A stretch of 64,000 bases of DNA from an uncultured Actinomycetes bacterium. Its GTDB lineage: Bacteria; Actinomycetota; Actinomycetes; S36-B12. Position numbers and translations under genes: made by a program. Positions within the stretch are counted from its first letter, which is position 1; each line of letters begins with the position of its first letter. The DNA is taken from assembly GCA_963842725.1 (NCBI GenBank), contig CAWJHN010000003.1:107536-171535 (forward strand), written 5' to 3'. This document shows, piece by piece, positions 58,351 through 64,000 of the stretch. Under the pieces are notes generated by a model. That model made no database searches. It had not been told where the DNA came from and saw only the letters and a program-made list of their open reading frames with translations.

Positions 58351-59136
58351 GTGTCCGGCCCACGCGTCCTCATGGTGATTCCCACCATGGGAGACCGGGT
58401 CGCGTACCTCGCCGAATGCCTCGCGTCCATCACGGGTCAGTCCACTCCCGCCGACATCGCACTGGTCGTCCCGCGACCCAGCGACGAGGTCCGCGCCCTT
58501 GCGCAGGCGCACGGCGCAGCCCTGATTCCGGATCCGGGCAGCCTCACCGGAGCCATCAACGCCGGGGTCGCCTCCGCGAGCGCTCGCCACGAGTTCGTCA
58601 ACTGGATCGGCGACGACGACCTGCTCGAACCGGGGTCGCTCGCTGCCACCGTCTCGGCGCTGGATCGGGACCGATCCGCGGTGGTGGCCTACGGCGCCTG
58701 CCGCTACATCGACGAGGACGGCCGCGAGCTGTGGATAAGCCGGGCGGGCGCCTGGGCCCCGCGCATCCTCAAGTGGGGACCCGATCTCATCCCGCAGCCC
58801 GGCATGCTGGTCCGTCTCTCGGCATGGCACGAGGTCGGCGGTCTCGACGAGTCGTTCCGCTTCGCCTTCGACCTCGACCTGCTGCTCAAGCTGCAGGCGC
58901 TCGGGCGGTTCATCGACGTCGGCCGCGTCGTGTCCTCCTTCCGGTGGCACGGCGACTCCCTGACCGTGAGCGACCGCAGCACGTCGCTGCACGAGTCCGA
59001 GATCGCCCGTCGACGCGCACTGTCGCCGACTGCCCTACGCGTGGCCTGGCTCTGGGAGGCTCCGGTCCGGGTAGCGACCCGGGCGGCCGCGGCCGAGCTG
59101 CACCGTCGCGCTAGCCGGCTCGAACGAAGGCCATGA
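58351..59136 (+). CDS. Glycosyltransferase family 2
   Basis: VIPTMG, WIGDDD, IPQPG, GGLDE, FDLDL, FRWH. Confidence 0.88.
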   Translation: MSGPRVLMVIPTMGDRVAYLAECLASITGQSTPADIALVVPRPSDEVRALAQAHGAALIPDPGSLTGAINAGVASASARHEFVNWIGDDDLLEPGSLAATVSALDRDRSAVVAYGACRYIDEDGRELWISRAGAWAPRILKWGPDLIPQPGMLVRLSAWHEVGGLDESFRFAFDLDLLLKLQALGRFIDVGRVVSSFRWHGDSLTVSDRSTSLHESEIARRRALSPTALRVAWLWEAPVRVATRAAAAELHRRASRLERRP

Positions 59137-60037
59137 CCCGAGGGATCACCTCGGAGAGGGCGAGCCCCGCACGGTCCCGCAGGTACGGCTGACTGCCCAC
59201 GGCGAACTGCTTCTCGTCGCGCAGCCCGAGCACCAGAACGCGCCGGGCGCTGCCGTCGGACGCCAGGGCCTCGAGCACCGCACTTCCGAAGCCGCCCGCC
59301 ACGGAGTGCTCCTCCATGGTGACGAGTCCGCGGGTACCCGCCGCGGCGGCGAGCACGGCCGGACCGCTCAACGGCTTCACGACGGGTGCGGTCAGGACCC
59401 GGGCGGACACCTCATGGTCTGCCCACAGCGCATCAGCGAGGGCCAGGGCGTGCGAGACGACTGCCCCGACGGCCATGATCGTCACATCGTCGCCCGTCCG
59501 CACCAGCAGTGGGGCGCCCGACGACACATCGGGCTGCGAGCCGTGGATGACGGGCTCGCGATTCTTGCCCAGCCGCAGGTACGCCGGCCCGCCGACCTCG
59601 CAGATGTCATCGACGACGGCGCGAACCTCCATCGCGTCTGCGGGCGAGTAGACCCTCAGGCCGGGCAGCGCTCGCATCACGGCGATGTCCTCGACGGCGT
59701 GATGGCTGTATCCCAGTGGACCGTAGGCGAGGCCCGCCCCCACCGAGACGATCGTCACGTCGAGAGCGTGGTAGCAGACGTCATTGCGGATCTGCTCGAG
59801 GCAGCGCATCGTCGGGAAGTTCGCGATGGAGTACACGAAGACCTTCCGGCCACTGGCCGCCAGGCCCGCGGCCACGCCGATCATCGCCTGCTCCGCCACT
59901 CCCGCGTTCAGGAACTGGGCGGGCAGCTCGTCGGCGAAGTCGGTGACCACGCTCCAGCCGAGATCCCCGACGACCAGGTTGACGCTGCTGTCACGTCGGG
60001 CGTGCTCCGTGAGCCGCGCGACGAAGGCGTCGCGCAC
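59111..60037 (-). CDS. Transketolase-like protein, C-terminal (pyrimidine-binding) subunit
   Basis: GDLG, NAGVAEQAM, EQIRND, SHHA.ED, PAYLRLG, EEH. Confidence 0.9.
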   Translation of the reverse strand: MRDAFVARLTEHARRDSSVNLVVGDLGWSVVTDFADELPAQFLNAGVAEQAMIGVAAGLAASGRKVFVYSIANFPTMRCLEQIRNDVCYHALDVTIVSVGAGLAYGPLGYSHHAVEDIAVMRALPGLRVYSPADAMEVRAVVDDICEVGGPAYLRLGKNREPVIHGSQPDVSSGAPLLVRTGDDVTIMAVGAVVSHALALADALWADHEVSARVLTAPVVKPLSGPAVLAAAAGTRGLVTMEEHSVAGGFGSAVLEALASDGSARRVLVLGLRDEKQFAVGSQPYLRDRAGLALSEVIPRVMAFVRAG

Positions 60038-60843
60038 TATGAGCTGCCCAGTTGACGGAGCGCGACCTCGAGCTGCTCGGGGCTCGGCGACTTGTAGTGC
60101 CAGGCGACCTGGTTCTCCATGTAGTCGACACCGTGGCCCTTGACCGTGCGCGCGACGACGACGGACGGACCCTCCGTCCGACGCGACACGGCGGTCTCGA
60201 GTGCCTCGTGGTCGTGACCGTCGACCTCGGCGGCCTCCCATCCGAATGCCGTCCACTTGTCGAGCAGGGGCTCGAGGCGCAGGGTCTGCTCCGTCGTCGT
60301 GAGCGACTGCAGGCCGTTGCGATCGATCACGACGGTGAGGTTCCCGAGGCCGTGATGGGCGGCGAGGAGCGCCGCCTCCCAGTTGCTCCCCTCGTCGCAC
60401 TCGCCGTCCGACATGACGACGTACACGCGACGGTCCACGCCATCCCGCGATGCCGCCAGGGCCTGGCCGACGCCGAAGGGCAGGGCATGGCCCAGGGAGC
60501 CCGTCGAGAGCTCGACCCCCGGCACGCCGTGTGCCGTGACGTGCCCGCCCAGCGGAGCGCCGTCCGCGCAGTAGTCGTCCAGCCACGACTCGGGGATGAA
60601 CCCGGCGGCGGACAGGACGGCGTAGACACCGGCGGCCGCGTGCCCCTTGGAGACGAGCACGATGTCGCGATCGCCTGCCGCCGGCCGATTCGGATCCACG
60701 CGGGCGACCGCTCCGTACAGGACCGCCAGGATGTCGATGACGGACAGGGACGACCCGATATGCGATGCATTCGCCGTGGCGCACATGGTCACGGCACTCA
60801 CGCGTGCCCGCTGCGCCAACTGCCGGGTCGTCTGCGATTGCAC
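60037..60843 (-). CDS. Transketolase-like protein, N-terminal (ThDP-binding) subunit
   Basis: SHIGSSLS, SKGHA, STGSLGH, SDGECDEGSNWEA, DRNGLQ, TVKGHG, WHY. Confidence 0.9.
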   Translation of the reverse strand: MQSQTTRQLAQRARVSAVTMCATANASHIGSSLSVIDILAVLYGAVARVDPNRPAAGDRDIVLVSKGHAAAGVYAVLSAAGFIPESWLDDYCADGAPLGGHVTAHGVPGVELSTGSLGHALPFGVGQALAASRDGVDRRVYVVMSDGECDEGSNWEAALLAAHHGLGNLTVVIDRNGLQSLTTTEQTLRLEPLLDKWTAFGWEAAEVDGHDHEALETAVSRRTEGPSVVVARTVKGHGVDYMENQVAWHYKSPSPEQLEVALRQLGSS

Positions 60844-60879
60844 CGGCTCAGGCTACGACACGCGGCCTACACTCCGACT

Positions 60880-61509
60880 GTGGCGACCCCCTTCGTGATC
60901 ATCGGCAGCGGCGGCCTGGGTCGCGAGGCGCACGACATCTGGATCGCCGATGCCGCCGGGCTCGACTTCCTCGGCTTCGTCAGCAGTCCACCAGCCGACC
61001 CGGAGCTGATGGCCCGCAAGGGCACCCGCTGGCTCGGTCCCGAGGAGACTCTGTTCACGCTGCCCACCGACGTGCGCTACGTGATCGGCGTGGGACAGTC
61101 CCTTGCCCGTCAGCGCATCGACATCGCAGCGCAGCACGGCGGCTACCGGGCCGTCTCCCTGATTCACCCCGAATCCGTCGTCGGAGCAGACGTCGTCATC
61201 GGTGACGGATCGATCGTCCCTGCCAACTGCACGATCACGACCGACGTCCGCATCGGGCGGTCCGCCTGCCTGAATCCCGGCGTCGTGGTCACGCACGACT
61301 GCCGGCTCGGCCACTACGTGTCCGTGGGACCCAATGCCGCGATCTGCGGGCGCGTGTCCATCGGTGACCGGGTCCAGATCGGCGCGTCGGCCGTCGTTGC
61401 CCCTGACATCACGATCGGTGACGACGCCGTGGTCGGTGCTGGCGCTGCGGTGGTCAACGACGTGGAGGCAGGCAGCACGGTCGTGGGGGTTCCGGCCCGG
61501 CCGCTGTAG
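60880..61509 (+). CDS. NeuD/PglD/VioB-family sugar acetyltransferase
   Basis: IIGSGGLGRE, hexapeptide repeats, THDC, VVGVPAR. Confidence 0.88.
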   Translation: MATPFVIIGSGGLGREAHDIWIADAAGLDFLGFVSSPPADPELMARKGTRWLGPEETLFTLPTDVRYVIGVGQSLARQRIDIAAQHGGYRAVSLIHPESVVGADVVIGDGSIVPANCTITTDVRIGRSACLNPGVVVTHDCRLGHYVSVGPNAAICGRVSIGDRVQIGASAVVAPDITIGDDAVVGAGAAVVNDVEAGSTVVGVPARPL

Positions 61510-61515
61510 CCCGCG

Positions 61516-62502
61516 TCACGCCTCGGGCGGCAGCCGGGGATCGTCGAGCTGCCGGGCAGACTCGGTCCGCTCGACGATGAAGCGTGGTCGGCCCTTCACA
61601 TCGTCGTAGATGCGCCACAGGTACTCGCCGACGATGCCCAGCATGACCATGATCAGGCCGCCGATCACCAGTTGCGTGATCATGATCGGCGCGTACCCCG
61701 GCCACGGCGTCTGGTTCGCGAGGCGGGCGATGACGATGACGACGGCGTACACGAGGCCGGCCAGGGCGATCAGGAAGCCCAGCCTCGACATGATCTGGAT
61801 CGGCGCGAAGGACGAGTCGAGCAGCAGGTCGGTGAAGTACTTGAACTTCTTGCGGAAGCTCCAGGTCGACTTTCCGTACGGTCGCTTCGCCCGCGCATAC
61901 GGGATGAACGTCGTCGGCAGCCCCAGCCACAGGATGTCGCCCTGGAAGAACCGATGGCGGCTCGGGAAGCCGAGCAGCAGGTCGACGGCTCGTCGGCTCA
62001 GCAGGACGAAGTCGAAGCCGCCCGCCGGCATGTCCGGGTGCGCTCGTCGTGCCACGCCGTAGGCCATGCGGCTGAACAGTCGCGACGACGCGTCGTCGTC
62101 GCGCTCGGCACGATGCGCGATGACGACGTCACTGCCCTGCTGCCACTGCGCGACCATCTGCCCGAACAGTTCCGGCGGATCCTGCAGGTCGGCCGAGATC
62201 GTGATCACCGCATCGCCCCGCGACGTCTCGTACCCGGCCAGGATCGCGTTCACCTGGCCGAAGTTGCGCGACAGCTTGACCAGCGTGACGACGTCCGGGT
62301 GCAGCGCATGCAGCTCCTCGAGCACCTCCCAGGATCCGTCCGTCGACCCGTCGTCCACGAAGCACACCTCGAGGCCGACCGACGACAGCGCCCCCTCACG
62401 GGCAGCGAGGATCTTCTCGAGGGTCTGGGTGAGCGACTCGCGGTTCTCGAAGACCGGCACGACGACGGAGAGCACGGCATCGCCCGCCTCCGGTCGATCC
62501 AC
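61516..62502 (-). CDS. GT2 polyprenol-phosphate glycosyltransferase (ArnC/GtrB-like)
   Basis: VDDGSTD, LSRNFGQ, SADLQDPP, two TM helices, GIVGEYLWRIYD.VKGRP. Confidence 0.88.
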   Translation of the reverse strand: MDRPEAGDAVLSVVVPVFENRESLTQTLEKILAAREGALSSVGLEVCFVDDGSTDGSWEVLEELHALHPDVVTLVKLSRNFGQVNAILAGYETSRGDAVITISADLQDPPELFGQMVAQWQQGSDVVIAHRAERDDDASSRLFSRMAYGVARRAHPDMPAGGFDFVLLSRRAVDLLLGFPSRHRFFQGDILWLGLPTTFIPYARAKRPYGKSTWSFRKKFKYFTDLLLDSSFAPIQIMSRLGFLIALAGLVYAVVIVIARLANQTPWPGYAPIMITQLVIGGLIMVMLGIVGEYLWRIYDDVKGRPRFIVERTESARQLDDPRLPPEA

Positions 62503-62545
62503 CGTGCCTCCCCAGAACGCCGCGTGCAGCCCGTCAGAGGGCAGG

Positions 62546-63613
62546 CTAGCCCTTCAGGGCCACGCGCAGCGCCTCGCCCACGGAGTCGATGTCCGCGCCA
62601 CCGATGTCGCGGTGCATCGGCAGTCCGAGGGCCGTGGCGGCCGCGTGCACGCAGTGCGGCGTCGGCACGGCGGGCGCCCACGCGGTGAAGGCCGGCATCT
62701 GGTGAAGTGCGGCCGGCCACCACAGACGAGTCTCGATACCCCGCTCGGCGAGGATGGCCTCGGCGTGCTCACGGGCAGCCGCTGTCTCGAACTGCACCAC
62801 CCAGTAGGGATGAACGCCCCGGTATCGCTGGACCGGGCTGGCGATGCCCAGGTCGTCGGCTATCGCGTTGGCGCGGGAGAGGCCGCGCATCCAGTCGGTC
62901 CGCTCGGTCGTCCACCCGCTGAGCGAGGCAAGCGCGTACGCCGCCGTGAGCTCGGACATCTTGGCGTTCGTGCCGACGATGGAAGACAGACGCGTGCCGG
63001 CGAAACCGAAGTTGGACCAGGCACGGAAGCGACGGGCCTGGTCCTCGGATCCGAAGACGACGAGCCCGCCCTCGCCCGCGGGCAGCACCTTGGTCGCGTG
63101 CAGGCTGAAGACGACGGCCCACGTCGCGGGCAGGCCGGTCAGATCGAGATCCTCGGATCCGAGCGATGCGGCCGCGTCGAGCACGACATGCGGGAAGGCG
63201 CGCCACTTGTCGAGACGGATCCCGGCCCCGAAGGGAAGCACCGGCATGATGCCGAGGGTGTCGGCCCGCTCGTGGATCGGCACGGTGTCGAGTTGCCAGT
63301 CGTCTGGGGAGATGTCGCCGAACTCCAGGGACTTGCCGGCCGCGAGGACCGCATGCACTGAGGCGGGGAACGTGAAGTCGGGTACCACCCAGGTCTCGGC
63401 CGGCGAGACCGCAACCGCTCCCTCGAGACCCAGGGTGGCATTCGCGACCGACACGAGCCGCTCCGGCGGGACGCCGAGGCGCGCCGCATGCGCTGCCTCG
63501 AGCTCGCGGACGAGCGGGCCGAAGTTCGAGTACAGGCGAGAGGCATCCATGCGCTCCAGCCAAGGGGCGACCTCCGCGGCCCGGGGCATCCGGGGACGCA
63601 TGACGGGGATCAC
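62546..63613 (-). CDS. DegT/DnrJ/EryC1/StrS sugar aminotransferase
   Basis: SNFGP, NAT, DAAASLG, FSLHATK (PLP Lys), GEGG, NAKMSE. Confidence 0.88.
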   Translation of the reverse strand: MIPVMRPRMPRAAEVAPWLERMDASRLYSNFGPLVRELEAAHAARLGVPPERLVSVANATLGLEGAVAVSPAETWVVPDFTFPASVHAVLAAGKSLEFGDISPDDWQLDTVPIHERADTLGIMPVLPFGAGIRLDKWRAFPHVVLDAAASLGSEDLDLTGLPATWAVVFSLHATKVLPAGEGGLVVFGSEDQARRFRAWSNFGFAGTRLSSIVGTNAKMSELTAAYALASLSGWTTERTDWMRGLSRANAIADDLGIASPVQRYRGVHPYWVVQFETAAAREHAEAILAERGIETRLWWPAALHQMPAFTAWAPAVPTPHCVHAAATALGLPMHRDIGGADIDSVGEALRVALKG

Positions 63614-64000
63614 GCCGACACTCTACGGGAGCGCGCCTCACGCACTTGTCGCGCCTTTTGCACGCCGAGATAGAGCGCGAAGGTGATGAAGACGTACACG
63701 GGAACCTCGAGGAGCATCTTCAGCCGGATCGCGTCGGTCCAGATCGGACCGAGGTCCTCCTGACCGGGTCGGTAGCGGTTGGACAGCACGACGGGCAGGG
63801 CGATGACGCACCAGAAGACCGCCAGCCAGCCGTATCTCCTGAGTCCGGCACGCACTCCCCGCCAGCCACGCGACCACACGAACAGCCCGAGGGAACCCAG
63901 GATCAGCAGCAGGTACCGCCACTGCGAGAACACCCAGATGTGGGCGTCCGTCCACGGCAGTTCCTCGACGAAGTGGTTCGTCGTGTAGATGGAGGAGCCG
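63610..64000 (-). CDS. 3' part of a membrane protein (5' end lies outside the window)
   Basis: Open frame with several TM segments; its TGA overlaps the aminotransferase GTG. Confidence 0.6.
   Translation of the reverse strand, partial: GSSIYTTNHFVEELPWTDAHIWVFSQWRYLLLILGSLGLFVWSRGWRGVRAGLRRYGWLAVFWCVIALPVVLSNRYRPGQEDLGPIWTDAIRLKMLLEVPVYVFITFALYLGVQKARQVREARSRRVSA

Overview
High-GC actinobacterial chromosome segment (serS-pheA-tRNA-Ser region) with about 63 real CDSs among many GC-shadow ORFs. Left to right it holds: a sugar ABC transporter with IolG-like, AroE-like and alcohol dehydrogenases; an amidinotransferase and CrtO-like gene flanked by two short tandem-repeat arrays, one built from the tRNA-Ser(UGA) 3' end; TrpB2; a c-di-AMP riboswitch ahead of an NlpC/P60 hydrolase; GpgS; and a two-component system. 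That system lies divergent from a five-gene ApbE/MsrQ-like cytochrome b cluster with two paralogous membrane-anchored coiled-coil proteins ending in -GS and a PepSY-like protein with a His/Asp tail. This cluster is the best candidate for an under-described system, and its two promoters share an identically spaced direct-repeat box. Next come a degenerate MoeA, housekeeping genes (serS, pheA, rfbB/D) and, from about 41.8 kb to the end, a surface-glycan locus (CDP-3,6-dideoxysugar genes, split transketolase, several GT-C-like membrane proteins, ArnC/GtrB-like GT2s). Many genes have a TANNNT -10 box exactly 6 nt before the start codon, implying leaderless mRNAs. Four single-base frameshifts are probably sequencing errors. 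No integrase, transposase, cas gene or rRNA was seen. All family calls come from motif recognition by eye, not database searches.
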